64,000 bases of DNA. Source: Salinispira sp. (GTDB lineage: Bacteria > Spirochaetota > Spirochaetia > DSM-27196 > Salinispiraceae). Location: the NCBI GenBank assembly GCA_965226555.1, contig CBDDDG010000022.1, positions 228,528 through 292,527 of the forward strand, read 5' to 3'. The translations under genes and the position numbers were made by a program. The notes below the pieces were generated by a model. The model was not told the DNA's origin. It made no database searches and was given only the letters and a program-made list of their open reading frames with translations. Each line of letters begins with the position of its first letter. Position 1 is the first letter of the stretch. Positions 1 to 11,365 of this stretch are shown piece by piece.

Positions 1-264
1 GATGGAAACATCGATCATGTTGTCATGTTCGATGATCAGGGGAATAAATCATTTGAAATTCTCGATTTCGATAAGGATGGAAGTATGGATGACTTTTATT
101 TTTATCGGGACGGAGTTCTCATTCGGCAGGAAATTGATCGGAACAACGATCATCAGGTTGATATCTGGATATACATTGTCGATGGGATTTATATAGAAGG
201 TTATGAAATGGATAATGACTTCGATGGCAGGATTGATCTGATCAAACTCTATAACGATGAATAA
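1..264 (+). CDS. 5'-truncated hypothetical protein with DxDxDG (EF-hand-like) repeats
   Basis: Frame is open from base 1; motifs DFDKDGSMD, DRNNDHQVD and DNDFDGRID; stop overlaps the start of the next gene. Confidence 0.6.
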   Translation, partial: DGNIDHVVMFDDQGNKSFEILDFDKDGSMDDFYFYRDGVLIRQEIDRNNDHQVDIWIYIVDGIYIEGYEMDNDFDGRIDLIKLYNDE

Positions 265-1015
265 GCAGGTTCTGTATATTATTCATGATATTGAAGAATT
301 TCTGAGGAGTACCGGAAGAGTCTCAGCCTGTGACGTAGTATATACTGAAAAACTCAATAGACGGGAAAAAGACATTCTGTCTGTTCTCAAAAAACGAAAT
401 ATAGCATCGCGCCAAGTTCCGGAACGTGAATTCAAAAAAATTGCCGCTGAAACATTTTCAGGAGATATCCCGAAACATCTCCGTCATATACTTCTGTTCT
501 GTCCGGCCGCGCTGCTTCAATCATCAAAACCGCTGAGTGCTCTATGGCCGCTTGTTGATGGTTTGAAACATTCTGTTATTCTTATTCTTGCGGGTATTAC
601 CGATCCGCATAATCTCGGCGCAATTATACGAAATGCAGACATATTTGAGGCATCGGCAGTTATTCTCCCCAAACGGCGCAGCGCTGTTATGAACGAAACC
701 GCGCGCAGAGTGTCTGCCGGAGCCGGGCACCATGTTCGGGTCTTTACTGTCGCAAACATTGTCCGCATTATCGAACAACTCAAGGAAAGAGAATTCTGGG
801 TCTACGGTACCGATGTACAGGGTAGGAATCTTAATGAAGTGAAGCTTACCGGCCGCATTGCCCTTGTTATGGGAAATGAGGAGCGGGGTATTCCACATGA
901 AATACGCCGTCATCTGGATGAAATTCTTACAATTCCTACAGGAGGTCACATTGATTCCTGCAATGTGTCGGTAGCAAGTGGAATTTTTCTGTATGAAATT
1001 AGACGGCAGAATTAA
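257..1015 (+). CDS. rlmB: TrmH/SpoU family RNA methyltransferase (RlmB-like)
   Basis: SPOUT motifs ITDPHNLGAIIR, VMGNEERG and IDSCNVSVASGI. Confidence 0.85.
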   Translation: MNKQVLYIIHDIEEFLRSTGRVSACDVVYTEKLNRREKDILSVLKKRNIASRQVPEREFKKIAAETFSGDIPKHLRHILLFCPAALLQSSKPLSALWPLVDGLKHSVILILAGITDPHNLGAIIRNADIFEASAVILPKRRSAVMNETARRVSAGAGHHVRVFTVANIVRIIEQLKEREFWVYGTDVQGRNLNEVKLTGRIALVMGNEERGIPHEIRRHLDEILTIPTGGHIDSCNVSVASGIFLYEIRRQN

Positions 1016-1785
1016 TCGGAAATGTTAAAAAATCTGCAGGCATTCTGATAACAGATTTCCCCCAGTTCCTCATTATCCATATTTCTGAGATCAGCAAGAA
1101 ACTCAGCAGTGGCTGAAAGATAGCTGGGTTTATTGCGTTTTCCCTTGTACGCTGCGGGTACCATGAACGGGCTTTCCGATTCAATAAGAATACGTTCCAG
1201 TGGAAGATTTTTTGCCGTTTCATGCAGATTCCGCGCATTACGGTACGTAAGATTACCGGCAAAAGAAATATATATGTTATGGTCCAGTGTCTTCTGGGCA
1301 AAGTTCCAGTCTTCGCTATAGCAATGAAGAACTGCACCCCGGCCCGGCATACGGTCACGCAGAATGTTAAGAATATCATCGCCGGCGTTTCGGTTATGAA
1401 TAATCACCGGCAGGTTGAATTTTTCAGCCATTTCAAGCTGACGAATAAATAGTTCAATCTGACTGTCTTTATCTCCGAATTTACGGTAATAATCGAGCCC
1501 GGTTTCTCCAATGGCAACAACACCCTCCATTTTTGCGCCGCGTTCAATTTTTTCTTCCCAATCGAGCCCGGGATTTTGAACTTCCGATGGAGAGACGCCT
1601 ACCGCATGATAAACATTTCCGGCTGTTTTCAAATTCTCATATACCACAAAAAAATCATGAAGATTATTACAGATACTTATAATACCCTTAACCCCTCTCT
1701 GACGAGCTTCCTGTGTAATAATGAGTTGTTCAATGGGGTCATTATGAATGAGCCCTATGTGAGCGTGAGTATCAAAAAGTTTCAT
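1012..1785 (-). CDS. tatD: TatD family hydrolase
   Basis: Motifs FDTHAH, AIGETGLDY, PVIIHNR and LHCYS. Confidence 0.92.
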   Translation of the reverse strand: MKLFDTHAHIGLIHNDPIEQLIITQEARQRGVKGIISICNNLHDFFVVYENLKTAGNVYHAVGVSPSEVQNPGLDWEEKIERGAKMEGVVAIGETGLDYYRKFGDKDSQIELFIRQLEMAEKFNLPVIIHNRNAGDDILNILRDRMPGRGAVLHCYSEDWNFAQKTLDHNIYISFAGNLTYRNARNLHETAKNLPLERILIESESPFMVPAAYKGKRNKPSYLSATAEFLADLRNMDNEELGEICYQNACRFFNISD

Positions 1786-1810
1786 AGTAAATTTCCATTA
1801 ATAAATTGAT

Positions 1811-1835
1811 GAAACTTTATCAAAGCAAAAGTTTC
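1811..1835. repeat. Solo hairpin of the GAAA(C/G)TTTTGC palindromic element family
   Basis: gaaactttatcaaagcaaaagtttc is a degenerate copy of the hairpin at 27054-27080. Confidence 0.6.
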
Positions 1836-1957
1836 TCAGTATTCATTCACAATTTATTGTAATTGTATTTATGTGTATCATCCTTCTGATGAAAAGTCAA
1901 TATAAATGCTTATATCCCAATATCCCATGAGACATGTATTGAAATATTCCAAATATA

Positions 1958-1996
1958 ATACTACAAAGTTTTGCATTCTGCAAAAGTTTGTAGTAT
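1958..1996. repeat. Solo hairpin element with inverted flanks
   Basis: atactac-aaagttttgca-ttc-tgcaaaagttt-gtagtat; the core is nearly identical to 27126-27150. Confidence 0.75.
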
Positions 1997-1999
1997 ACT
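1971..1999 (+). promoter_or_regulatory. Putative sigma70 promoter of the sugar ABC operon
   Basis: TTGCAT-17 bp-TATACT, followed by SD aaggagg before ATG 2027. Confidence 0.55.
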
Positions 2000-2026
2000 T
2001 TATACAATTAAAGGAGGCCATTCAAT

Positions 2027-3124
2027 ATGGACACTAAAAAACTTGTTGCAATTCTCATTGCTACATTGATATGCTTTTCAAGTATTTCACTTTTCGCTGG
2101 AGGTCAGGAGGAACCCGATACAGGTGACCTTGTTCTTGAAACAAGGGGGCCGCAGGGTGAATTGCCGACAAACTACGGTGAAATATACATCTCCCAGGAA
2201 GATCGTGATACAATCCGTTCCGGTAATTATCGTGCAGCCATCCTGATGCATACATCTGCAGACTGGACAAGCGCTGTTATCGCAGGAGCCCAGTCAACCT
2301 TTGATGATCTCAACATTGAGGTTGTTGCCGTTACCGATGCGGAATTTGATTCAAACAAGCAGAGAACAGATATTGAAACTGCTCTCGTACTTGATCCCGA
2401 TATTATCATCACATTGGTACTGGACACTGTTTCCGGTGCGGTTGCGCTCAAACAGGCGGTTGATCAGGGAGTAAGTGTTGTTCTTCTGAGTAATCTGCCA
2501 TCTGACTTCGTTCATGGCCAGGATTATGTGGGTATTGTAACTGATGATCTCTTCAAAATGGGTGAATCAGTTGCCGAAATGATCAATGATCACCTCGGCG
2601 GATCAGGTGAGGTTGCTCTTCTGTATCATGACGCAGACTACTACGTTACTAATCAGCGTGATCAGGCGGTTGAAACAGTTCTCAGACGCGATTATCCAAA
2701 TATCAACATTGTCGCCAGACAGGGTGTAGCAAATCCGACCGATGGTGAAACAGCCGCTTCTGCAATTCTTATACAGTATCCTGATGTTGATGCGATTTAC
2801 GCTCCCTGGGATACAATAGCTGAAGGTGTTGTTGCCGCGGCGCGTTCTTCAAATAGCGACGTTGCTGTTTTTACTATGGATTTGGGAGCAAACAATGTTC
2901 TTGATATGGTGAAAGGCGGCAACGTTCAGGGTATTGTTGCAGACCTTCCCTTTGCTCTTGGAGAAACCATGGCAAAGATGGGAGCATTAGGTATTCTTGA
3001 TCGTGCAGTCCCCCCGTTTGTAACTGTCCCTGCCATTAAGGTAACTCGGGATAATGTTGAACTCACATGGGAACAGTCACTTAATCGTACTCTTCCTCCT
3101 GAAATTATGGATGAGCTCAATTAA
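2027..3124 (+). CDS. Sugar ABC transporter substrate-binding protein (RbsB-like)
   Basis: Signal peptide ending LFAGG; periplasmic binding protein type 1 pattern; operon context. Confidence 0.9.
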   Translation: MDTKKLVAILIATLICFSSISLFAGGQEEPDTGDLVLETRGPQGELPTNYGEIYISQEDRDTIRSGNYRAAILMHTSADWTSAVIAGAQSTFDDLNIEVVAVTDAEFDSNKQRTDIETALVLDPDIIITLVLDTVSGAVALKQAVDQGVSVVLLSNLPSDFVHGQDYVGIVTDDLFKMGESVAEMINDHLGGSGEVALLYHDADYYVTNQRDQAVETVLRRDYPNINIVARQGVANPTDGETAASAILIQYPDVDAIYAPWDTIAEGVVAAARSSNSDVAVFTMDLGANNVLDMVKGGNVQGIVADLPFALGETMAKMGALGILDRAVPPFVTVPAIKVTRDNVELTWEQSLNRTLPPEIMDELN

Positions 3125-3155
3125 ATAACTTCAGAGGATCAGTGAAATCATAACC

Positions 3156-3188
3156 AAAAGGCAATCTTGGAACGAGATTGCCTTTTTT
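3156..3188 (+). terminator. Intrinsic terminator or stabilising hairpin after the binding-protein gene
   Basis: aaaaggcaatct-loop-agattgcctttttt. Confidence 0.7.
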
Positions 3189-3189
3189 A

Positions 3190-3218
3190 TTGACATTATT
3201 CATTGACCCAAGTATACT
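3190..3218 (+). promoter_or_regulatory. Putative internal sigma70 promoter
   Basis: TTGACA-17 bp-TATACT upstream of SD taaggag and ATG 3247. Confidence 0.65.
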
Positions 3219-3246
3219 AACTCCACAATGTAAGGAGATACGATCA

Positions 3247-4803
3247 ATGAGCTTGGGTACAGAGATAATAGATGATTTCTGGAAGAATTACGGTGCGCAG
3301 AAACCATCTATTACATTAAGCACGTGTGCCATCCGAGCGGAAAAAATCAATATCTCTTTCGATAAAGTGCATATACTTAAGGATGTTGATTTTTCACTTC
3401 GTGAAGGTGAAGTTCATGCGATTGTTGGTTCCAATGGCGCTGGAAAGTCTACTCTTATGAAGATCCTTAATGGAGTTTACAAGAATGACAGCGGGAAATT
3501 TTCGATATTTGGAAAGTCGGTAGATTTTGATTCACCTGAAATGGCACGGCAGGAAGGAATTGCAATGGTTTACCAGGACCTGAGCCTTATCCCGACTCTC
3601 ACGGTTGCTGAAAATATATTTCTTCGGAGCATGCCCTACCGACGTGGTGCTTTTCTTGACGATAAGACAGCTAATCAGAAAGCGCATGAACTGCTCCAAC
3701 TGGTTGGCGTGGGAACAGATGCTTTGCCCACAGAGAGAGTGGAGAATGTGAGCGCCGGTCAGCAGCAGATAATTGAAATACTCAAAGCCTTATCTGAAAC
3801 CCCTCGAATTCTCATTCTCGATGAACCAACTGCCTCTCTGACGTATGGAGAAATTGAAAATCTTTTTTCGGTAATACACAAACTGAAGGAAATTGGTATT
3901 TCAATTGTGTATATCACCCATTATCTGCAGGATATTTTCAAGATCTGCGACTCTGTAACTGTATTGAATGACGGCGTATCGGTACTCTCAGACAGTGTCA
4001 AAAATCTTACCCTAGAAAAAATTATTAATAGTATGGTTGGTTCAAAATCAACTCAGATAACGTGGTCGCATAAAGAAAATCTGCGCACCGATACTCCTCT
4101 GCTTGATATCCGGAACCTGAGCACTGCACATGTCCATGATGTTTCTCTACAATCGTACCCTGGGGAAATTGTGGGAATCGCAGGTCTTCTTGGAAGTGGA
4201 CGCACTGAGTTGATGAATGCCATCTTCGGAATTGATAAGCATATTGAGGGTAAGATACTCATCGCTGGAGAGGAAAAAAAGATATCCTCAACAAAGCAAG
4301 CTATCAACGCTGGTGTTACCCTTGTTCCGGAGAATCGACGTGAACAGGGGCTTGTACTTGACTTTAAGGTCTCAACTAATATCGTGATGTCCATCCTTGA
4401 AAAACTGAAACGTCTGTTATTCATGGATCGAAGTAAGGAATCGACACTTTCAATGTCGTATATTGATTCAATGAATATCAAAACACAGGGAATTCAGCAA
4501 ATTGTCCGCTTCCTTTCCGGCGGGAATCAGCAGAAAATTGTTGTTGCAAAATGTCTGGCCACAAATTCTTCCATTCTCCTGCTCGATGACCCGACCTTTG
4601 GCGTTGACATTCATGCAAAATACGAAATTATGAAAATAATTAAGGACTTTGCGGATCAGGGTAATACTGTATTATTCATTTCCTCAGAGTTCAAAGAGAT
4701 CGTTGAATTTTGCGATTCAATTTATGTGATGAAACGGGGAGAAATATCCCAATTCATTAGTGATCAAATAAGCGAAGGCAAACTTCTGCAGGTAGTTCAA
4801 TAA
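3247..4803 (+). CDS. Sugar ABC transporter ATP-binding protein (RbsA/MglA type, two ATPase domains)
   Basis: GSNGAGKST, LILDEPT and LSGGNQQK; start chosen at the SD-preceded ATG 3247. Confidence 0.93.
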   Translation: MSLGTEIIDDFWKNYGAQKPSITLSTCAIRAEKINISFDKVHILKDVDFSLREGEVHAIVGSNGAGKSTLMKILNGVYKNDSGKFSIFGKSVDFDSPEMARQEGIAMVYQDLSLIPTLTVAENIFLRSMPYRRGAFLDDKTANQKAHELLQLVGVGTDALPTERVENVSAGQQQIIEILKALSETPRILILDEPTASLTYGEIENLFSVIHKLKEIGISIVYITHYLQDIFKICDSVTVLNDGVSVLSDSVKNLTLEKIINSMVGSKSTQITWSHKENLRTDTPLLDIRNLSTAHVHDVSLQSYPGEIVGIAGLLGSGRTELMNAIFGIDKHIEGKILIAGEEKKISSTKQAINAGVTLVPENRREQGLVLDFKVSTNIVMSILEKLKRLLFMDRSKESTLSMSYIDSMNIKTQGIQQIVRFLSGGNQQKIVVAKCLATNSSILLLDDPTFGVDIHAKYEIMKIIKDFADQGNTVLFISSEFKEIVEFCDSIYVMKRGEISQFISDQISEGKLLQVVQ

Positions 4804-4821
4804 TTTGGAGGTATTAATTAT

Positions 4822-5862
4822 ATGAATGCTGAAACAAAAAATCCTAAAAAGCTCCCGATTTTTATCCGTAACTGGCAGGATTATGTTGTTTATTACATTT
4901 TCATTGGGGTGTTTCTATTTTTTGCACTACTCCCCTATATCCTTATAGTTATTGCACAACTTTTTCCTGAAAATGTCAGGCTTTTAGTTTTAGAGAAAGC
5001 GGATGGGCTGCGGGTATTTCCGAGTGCTAAGAATCTTCTCAACATTGGTCGGCAAAGTGCCATGCTCTGTATTCTTTCGGTCGGTATGACGTTTGTTCTT
5101 GCTGCCGAAGAAATAGATCTTTCCTTTGGTTCAATTGTCGCCCTTGCGGCGATCATCACCGCCTTGGTATTGAGAGCAACCGATAATATTTTCCTGAGTT
5201 TTGCCGCCGGCATTGCCTCAGGTACTCTGGTTGGATGCATTAATGGATTGTTTGTATCAAAAGTCGGTATCCCGTCATTTCTGGTTACTCTCGGAATGAG
5301 CGGAATTGTTATTGGTATAGCGCGATGGATAAGTAATTTACAGTCGATTGCAATTAATAATGATTTTTTTGTACTCCTTTTCGGTTCCGGCGACATTGGT
5401 CCAATACCTATATTGTTTATCTGGGTATTGCTCATTGGCGGAATTGGTCATGTAACCTTAACAAAAACTGCCCTCGGACGAAAAATTCTGGCTTCAGGCG
5501 GTAACCGTGTTTCCGCTCTTTATTCCGGTATTAATGTTCGTCAAATAAAACTTATAGTTCTCACGATTAATGGCGCCCTCGCAGGTTTAACAGGTATCTT
5601 GTATACGGGACGTCTTCACGGTGCCCGCTATACTCTTGGAGAAAATGACCTTCTCATTGTTATTGCCGCAGTCATTATCGGCGGTACGAGTATGTTCGGC
5701 GGTAAGGGCTCAGTTATCGGATCAATTTTTGGCGTGCTGATAATGGTTATGCTGAACAATGGGCTTATTCTCCTCGGTCTCTTTGTCGATCAGCAGTTGA
5801 TCTTCCGCGGGCTTATTATTATTGCTTCTGTTTCCCTGGCCATGCGCCAAAGGAAAAGCTGA
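4822..5862 (+). CDS. Sugar ABC transporter permease (RbsC type)
   Basis: IDLSFG, IPSFLVTLG and IAAVIIGGTSMFGGKG; hydrophobic throughout. Confidence 0.93.
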   Translation: MNAETKNPKKLPIFIRNWQDYVVYYIFIGVFLFFALLPYILIVIAQLFPENVRLLVLEKADGLRVFPSAKNLLNIGRQSAMLCILSVGMTFVLAAEEIDLSFGSIVALAAIITALVLRATDNIFLSFAAGIASGTLVGCINGLFVSKVGIPSFLVTLGMSGIVIGIARWISNLQSIAINNDFFVLLFGSGDIGPIPILFIWVLLIGGIGHVTLTKTALGRKILASGGNRVSALYSGINVRQIKLIVLTINGALAGLTGILYTGRLHGARYTLGENDLLIVIAAVIIGGTSMFGGKGSVIGSIFGVLIMVMLNNGLILLGLFVDQQLIFRGLIIIASVSLAMRQRKS

Positions 5863-7491
5863 GTGGATAATATTCAGAAAATTATTGATTCAATGAATGT
5901 TGACATGAAGGTCGGCCAGCTGTTTCTGCTGGCATATCCTGGAAAAAACCCGGAGAAAATTCAGCCATTGGTTGATCAGTTTGGTATTGCGGGCTGCTAC
6001 ATTAGTCAGGACAATGCCGAAACTTTCACAGAAGCGCGTGAGGTTTCTGAGCAGCTGCAAAACATGGCTTCACAAACTCCGCATGCCCTGCCAATGATAC
6101 TCGGTATTGATCAGGAAGGCGCGTGGGGTGTTCTGGTGCCGGAATCAACATCCGGGCCGGGAAATCTTGCGCTTACCGCTAATACCGATAGTTCAATAGC
6201 CGAGAAAATGTATCAGGTGATCGGAGAGCACATGCTGTCTGTGGGATATAACACAATCCTTGCTCCCTGCGCTGATGTAAATAGTGATCCGGATTCTCCG
6301 ATAATTGACACACGTTCATTTGGAGATGATCCGAAACGGGTTTCAGAATTGCTGCGTTATGCTGTCAGGGGAATAAAAAAAACTGGCGCTCTCTCGACGC
6401 TCAAACATTTTCCCGGTCATGGAGCTACGGGAGACGATACACATAGAAACATTCCGGAAGTCCATAAAACACTTTCCGAACTTTTTGAAACTGATCTTGC
6501 GCCATTTGCAGCCGGAATTGATGAAGGAGCAGACATAGTAATGACTGCTCACATACGGTATCCACGCATTGATTCCGAAAATCCCGCAACACTTTCCCGA
6601 ATTATTCTTGAAGATATTCTTCGGAAAAAATTGGGCTTCAACGGGGTTATACTTTCAGACAGCATGAACATGGGAGCTATCCGCCGATTTTATGAGCCGG
6701 GGGAATCCACAGTAATGGCGCTGAAGGCTGGTGTAGATATTGTCATGCTTTCAGAAGAGCACTATGATCACGATGAAAATTATCTTGAAAAACAGCTCAG
6801 ATCGCTCCGAAAAGTAAAGGATGCCATACTTCAGGGTTCATTACCTATGAAAGAAGTAGATGCCAAACTCAGACGAATCATCAGCATGAAAATGAATAAA
6901 ATGAAGGCGGCTCCCGTCAGTATGTCCTTATCTGAAAGTGAGGCTGCCGAAATTGAATCTCGGGCAGCTGCGGGAGCATGTACTGTTATCAGAGACGACT
7001 GGAACTTACTGCCGGCCAATTTACGGGAGGGCAGTGTGTGTGTTAATGCCACTCCCCGCGATGCCTATTCATGTCTCATGAATTCACGAGGCATTGGACC
7101 GAATCAGATGCTTCCTGCCTATGATTCATTTCACGATACTCTTGCGAGTCTTTGTCCTGCCATGAAGTTTATGGAATATGATGAAGCGCAAAAACGATCT
7201 GATGAGCTGAACGATGCGCGTATTGTTCTCCTCATTACGGAAAATTACCCACTCCCCGGTGAGGACATGGAAAAAAAGCGGCAGCAGTCATTTGTCCGAA
7301 AATGCCTCGAAAAATATCGGCAGAAAATCATTGTTGTCGGTTTACGAAGCCCCTATGAAATCCGGAAATATCCGGGAAAAATTACCTACGTTTCGGCCTA
7401 TTCAAGCAGAACATGCGCTGCAGTAGCGGCAGCCCGATTGCTTGCTTCAATGAAATCATTACGAGGTGTACATCATTTACAGTTTTCATAA
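5863..7491 (+). CDS. Glycoside hydrolase family 3, beta-N-acetylhexosaminidase (NagZ-like)
   Basis: IDQEG, RSFG and KHFPGHGxxxxDTH (NagZ signature), plus ILSDSMNM. Confidence 0.85.
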   Translation: MDNIQKIIDSMNVDMKVGQLFLLAYPGKNPEKIQPLVDQFGIAGCYISQDNAETFTEAREVSEQLQNMASQTPHALPMILGIDQEGAWGVLVPESTSGPGNLALTANTDSSIAEKMYQVIGEHMLSVGYNTILAPCADVNSDPDSPIIDTRSFGDDPKRVSELLRYAVRGIKKTGALSTLKHFPGHGATGDDTHRNIPEVHKTLSELFETDLAPFAAGIDEGADIVMTAHIRYPRIDSENPATLSRIILEDILRKKLGFNGVILSDSMNMGAIRRFYEPGESTVMALKAGVDIVMLSEEHYDHDENYLEKQLRSLRKVKDAILQGSLPMKEVDAKLRRIISMKMNKMKAAPVSMSLSESEAAEIESRAAAGACTVIRDDWNLLPANLREGSVCVNATPRDAYSCLMNSRGIGPNQMLPAYDSFHDTLASLCPAMKFMEYDEAQKRSDELNDARIVLLITENYPLPGEDMEKKRQQSFVRKCLEKYRQKIIVVGLRSPYEIRKYPGKITYVSAYSSRTCAAVAAARLLASMKSLRGVHHLQFS

Positions 7492-7495
7492 ATAT

Positions 7496-8503
7496 ATGGA
7501 ACCCGTAATCAAAGTGTGTTTTATATTTCTCTTTATTATACTATTCGTGAATTTCTATCTTCCTGCTCAGACAGTAAGCACTGAAGTTCCTGAGATCATT
7601 GAGGACTACACCGCTGATGCCCCCGCATGGCTTTTACGGCGTTTGGGGAGGATTGCAAGAGAGGAGCGTAAATTGACCGACGCATTTATTCTTTTGAACC
7701 GTTCACTTGAATCCGATCCGGAAAATCCCGAAACCCTGACCGAACTGGCTCTGAGCTATTTTGCCAGCGGCGATCTGCATCAGTCCCGCGCATATCTTAA
7801 TAGAGCTCTTGAAAATCGTTCGCGACTCAGCAGCCCGGATATGGAGTATTATATACTTTATCAGTTTGCTGAAATATATTCACAAAGTGATACCTATGAT
7901 CGGGAATATGAAAACATCCTCCGTGATCTAATCAATGCCGATGAGCAATTTTCTTCAACTGACATTACCGATGTCAGTCTTCGGAAAAACATTCGCGCAA
8001 TCCTGAACCAACCTGCGCCTTCAGGGATGAGCAGCTTGGATCAGACAATTGTTCTCTATCGAATAGCAGATTCCTTCAGCTTGGAAGCACATCTGCGGCT
8101 CGGACGGTTTTACGTACACTCTGGACGATATGATGAAGCACAGCAGCATCTCATTTTTGCAGTTTTGAAAATGTACACAAAACTTATCAGTTCACTGCGT
8201 GATATAAACATTCTCTATTCCTTTACCGATAGCGAAGATCTCTTTAACAGGATCAGGAACAATGAGACATTTCTTTCATATGTAAAAACAGCCGGTTTTG
8301 ATGAAGCATTATACTATCTTGGATCTGCGAGTTATGGATTTAACCCTAACCGCCAGTACGTATATCGCGGAATATGGCAGACTCTGCAATACCTTCCGTA
8401 TCAATCCGCATATATTTCTCGTGCGTCACTTCAGCTCAGGGATCCGCAAAAAGAGGACATTCTTTACGGGAGTGAGCAGTTCAGGGAATCGGTTAATGAA
8501 TAA
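7496..8503 (+). CDS. Exported tetratricopeptide-repeat protein
   Basis: N-terminal hydrophobic signal and TPR-like helices; overlaps the uvrA start. Confidence 0.7.
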   Translation: MEPVIKVCFIFLFIILFVNFYLPAQTVSTEVPEIIEDYTADAPAWLLRRLGRIAREERKLTDAFILLNRSLESDPENPETLTELALSYFASGDLHQSRAYLNRALENRSRLSSPDMEYYILYQFAEIYSQSDTYDREYENILRDLINADEQFSSTDITDVSLRKNIRAILNQPAPSGMSSLDQTIVLYRIADSFSLEAHLRLGRFYVHSGRYDEAQQHLIFAVLKMYTKLISSLRDINILYSFTDSEDLFNRIRNNETFLSYVKTAGFDEALYYLGSASYGFNPNRQYVYRGIWQTLQYLPYQSAYISRASLQLRDPQKEDILYGSEQFRESVNE

Positions 8504-11363
8504 GCTTATTATAAAGGGTGCCCGCGTGCACAATTTAAAGAATGTTGATCTCGAACTTCCCCGTGATACACTCATTGTCATTTCCGGACTCAGTGGAAGC
8601 GGAAAATCAAGTCTGGCTTTTGACACAATATTTGCAGAAGGCCAGAGACGCTATGTGGAATCTCTTTCTGCTTATGCCCGTCAATTTCTCGCCAGAATGG
8701 ATAAGCCGGATGTGGATTATATTGAAGGGCTTTCTCCGGCGATATCAATTGAACAAAAAACAACCAATCGAAATCCGCGTTCGACTGTGGGAACTATTAC
8801 CGAGATATACGATTACCTCCGACTGCTTTATGCTCGGATCGGTATACCCCATGATCCAATAACAGGTGTTGTTATTGAAAAGCAGAGCGTTGATCAAATT
8901 ATTGAACGTGTTCTTCAACAGCCTGATGATGCCCGATTGATGATCATGGCTCCTGTAGTCCGCGGACGGAAGGGAGAACATAAAAAAATTCTTGAAGACG
9001 CAAAAAGGGCAGGTTTCGCGCGCTGCCGCATTGATGGCGAGATAATGCTGCTGGAAGATACCATTGCGCTCCGTAAAAACATGAAGCACGATATTGATAT
9101 CATTATTGACCGTCTCATTAATAAAGAAAAAAACAGGAGCCGTATTGCCGAGGCAGTTGAGCAGGGGCTTGAGCTGGCTTCAGGCCTTGTCAAAGTATAT
9201 ATCAGGAAGGATAAGGAAGAAACCGAGATTTCCTTCAGTGAACACTATTTCTATCCCGATAGCACAGTGAGTTTTCCTGAACTCGAACCGCGCCTTTTTT
9301 CCTTTAACAATCCCCTTGGCGCCTGCTCTGCTTGTTCCGGTCTCGGTACAACGCTGGAATTTAATCCAAAGAAAATAGTTCCCGATGACACACTCTCTTT
9401 TAATGAACGGGCTTTTCCCGCGTACAATCCTGATGCCGCCTGGAGTAGAAGCAGGTTTGAGGGACTCGCCAATTATTATTCATTTAGTCTGGATACTCCA
9501 TTCAGGGACTTACCGGAGCATATACGGAATGTTATTTTTTACGGTGGAAAGGATGAAATTGAATTTGAATATGTTAACAAGAGCAATACAGGACGTTTTC
9601 AGTTTCGGAGGATGTTTCCGGGTGTTGTGAATGACCTTGCGCGGCGTTACCGTGAAACGAATTCATCGGGCATAAAACAGTGGTTGGAGGGGTTCATGAC
9701 CATGAGTTCCTGCCCCAAATGTAAGGGCAGACGCCTGCGGCCGGAGGCTCTGGCAGTTCGGATTGGAGATGTGGGCATTTTTGAAATTTGTGAAATGTCC
9801 ATACGCGATGCATTGAAATTCTTCAGGAACATCAAACTTACCGGAGCCCGAAAGGAAATTGCCAGACAAATTCTCAAGGAGGTAATTGACAGACTTTATT
9901 TTATGGAATCTGTTGGTCTTGATTATCTCACTCTGAATAGAAATGCGGGAACACTGAGCGGAGGTGAGGCCCAACGCATTCGACTGGCAACACAGATCGG
10001 CAGTCAGCTTATGGGGGTTCTCTATGTACTTGACGAACCCAGCATTGGTCTGCATCAGCGGGATAATGAACGGCTTATAAAGACACTCCTGCATCTTCGG
10101 GACATTGGCAATACATTAATTGTTGTGGAGCACGATGAGCAGACCCTGCGTTCTGCCGATTATATTGTTGATCTTGGAATAGGCGCCGGAGTTCATGGCG
10201 GGAATGTCGTTGCAGCCGGATCAATTGATGAAATTATTGAATCGGATGATAGTCTCACGGGTCAGTATCTTCGGGGTGATATTTTTCTTGAGCCGCGGTC
10301 TGAACGCCGCCCGGGAAAGAACGAATGGATTGAAATAGTCGGGGCAGGGGAGCATAATCTTCAAAACATTAGTGTGCGCTTTCCTCATGGCGCCCTTTCG
10401 GTTATTACCGGAGTTTCGGGTTCAGGAAAGAGCACGCTCATGTCTCATATACTCTATCCGCGAATTGCCAATTTTCTTAACAGAACAGATCACTTTGAGG
10501 GCGCGGCAGACGATGTCCGCGGAATTGATTCCCTCGACAAGATCATAAACATTGATCAAAGTCCGATCGGACGCACTCCCCGTTCAAATCCGGCAACCTA
10601 TGTTGGTCTTTTTACACCAATCCGTGAACTATTCGCTCAAATTCCCGAAGCGCGGGCGCGGGGATATAAACCGGGACGTTTCAGTTTTAATGTAAAGGGA
10701 GGACGCTGCGAAAATTGTGAGGGCGCTGGCACCATACAAATTGAAATGCACTTTCTTCCCGATGTTTTCGTTGTGTGCGATGTGTGCGGAGGTAAGCGCT
10801 TTAATCGGGAAACTCTTGAAATTCAGTATAAGGGTGTAAATATCCACAATGTCCTTGACATGACCATTGAAGAAGCCGAACAGTTTTTTGCATCAATTCC
10901 CATTATTTATCGGAAACTTGAAACATTATTATCAGTTGGTCTGGGATACATAAAACTGGGACAATCGGCGCTTACTCTTTCAGGCGGTGAGGCTCAGAGA
11001 GTGAAACTTTCGCTCGAACTTTCGAAGAAAAGTACCGGTAAAACTCTCTACATCCTCGATGAACCGACAACCGGACTCCATTTTGCCGATGTAAAACTTC
11101 TCATGACAGTTATCCAGCGTCTGGTTGATAAGGGAAATACCATTATTCTTATTGAGCATAATCTGGATGTTATTGCCCAAGCCGATTGGCTTGTCGATCT
11201 CGGACCTGAAGGAGGCGATAGGGGAGGACAGCTTGTTGCCATGGGTACTCCAGAGCAGGTCATGGATGTTGAAGCATCGTATACCGGATGTTTCCTCGCA
11301 GCCTATGTTCAAAATCATCCTGCTCTGCGTATGAAGCAAAGAGCCGGTTCTCCCGTATCATAA
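8496..11363 (+). CDS. uvrA: Excinuclease ABC subunit A
   Basis: [14 protein letters not shown], zinc fingers, two LSGGEAQR signatures and GVSGSGKST; real start is MNKLII at 8496. Confidence 0.98.
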   Translation: MNKLIIKGARVHNLKNVDLELPRDTLIVISGLSGSGKSSLAFDTIFAEGQRRYVESLSAYARQFLARMDKPDVDYIEGLSPAISIEQKTTNRNPRSTVGTITEIYDYLRLLYARIGIPHDPITGVVIEKQSVDQIIERVLQQPDDARLMIMAPVVRGRKGEHKKILEDAKRAGFARCRIDGEIMLLEDTIALRKNMKHDIDIIIDRLINKEKNRSRIAEAVEQGLELASGLVKVYIRKDKEETEISFSEHYFYPDSTVSFPELEPRLFSFNNPLGACSACSGLGTTLEFNPKKIVPDDTLSFNERAFPAYNPDAAWSRSRFEGLANYYSFSLDTPFRDLPEHIRNVIFYGGKDEIEFEYVNKSNTGRFQFRRMFPGVVNDLARRYRETNSSGIKQWLEGFMTMSSCPKCKGRRLRPEALAVRIGDVGIFEICEMSIRDALKFFRNIKLTGARKEIARQILKEVIDRLYFMESVGLDYLTLNRNAGTLSGGEAQRIRLATQIGSQLMGVLYVLDEPSIGLHQRDNERLIKTLLHLRDIGNTLIVVEHDEQTLRSADYIVDLGIGAGVHGGNVVAAGSIDEIIESDDSLTGQYLRGDIFLEPRSERRPGKNEWIEIVGAGEHNLQNISVRFPHGALSVITGVSGSGKSTLMSHILYPRIANFLNRTDHFEGAADDVRGIDSLDKIINIDQSPIGRTPRSNPATYVGLFTPIRELFAQIPEARARGYKPGRFSFNVKGGRCENCEGAGTIQIEMHFLPDVFVVCDVCGGKRFNRETLEIQYKGVNIHNVLDMTIEEAEQFFASIPIIYRKLETLLSVGLGYIKLGQSALTLSGGEAQRVKLSLELSKKSTGKTLYILDEPTTGLHFADVKLLMTVIQRLVDKGNTIILIEHNLDVIAQADWLVDLGPEGGDRGGQLVAMGTPEQVMDVEASYTGCFLAAYVQNHPALRMKQRAGSPVS

Positions 11364-11365
11364 GA

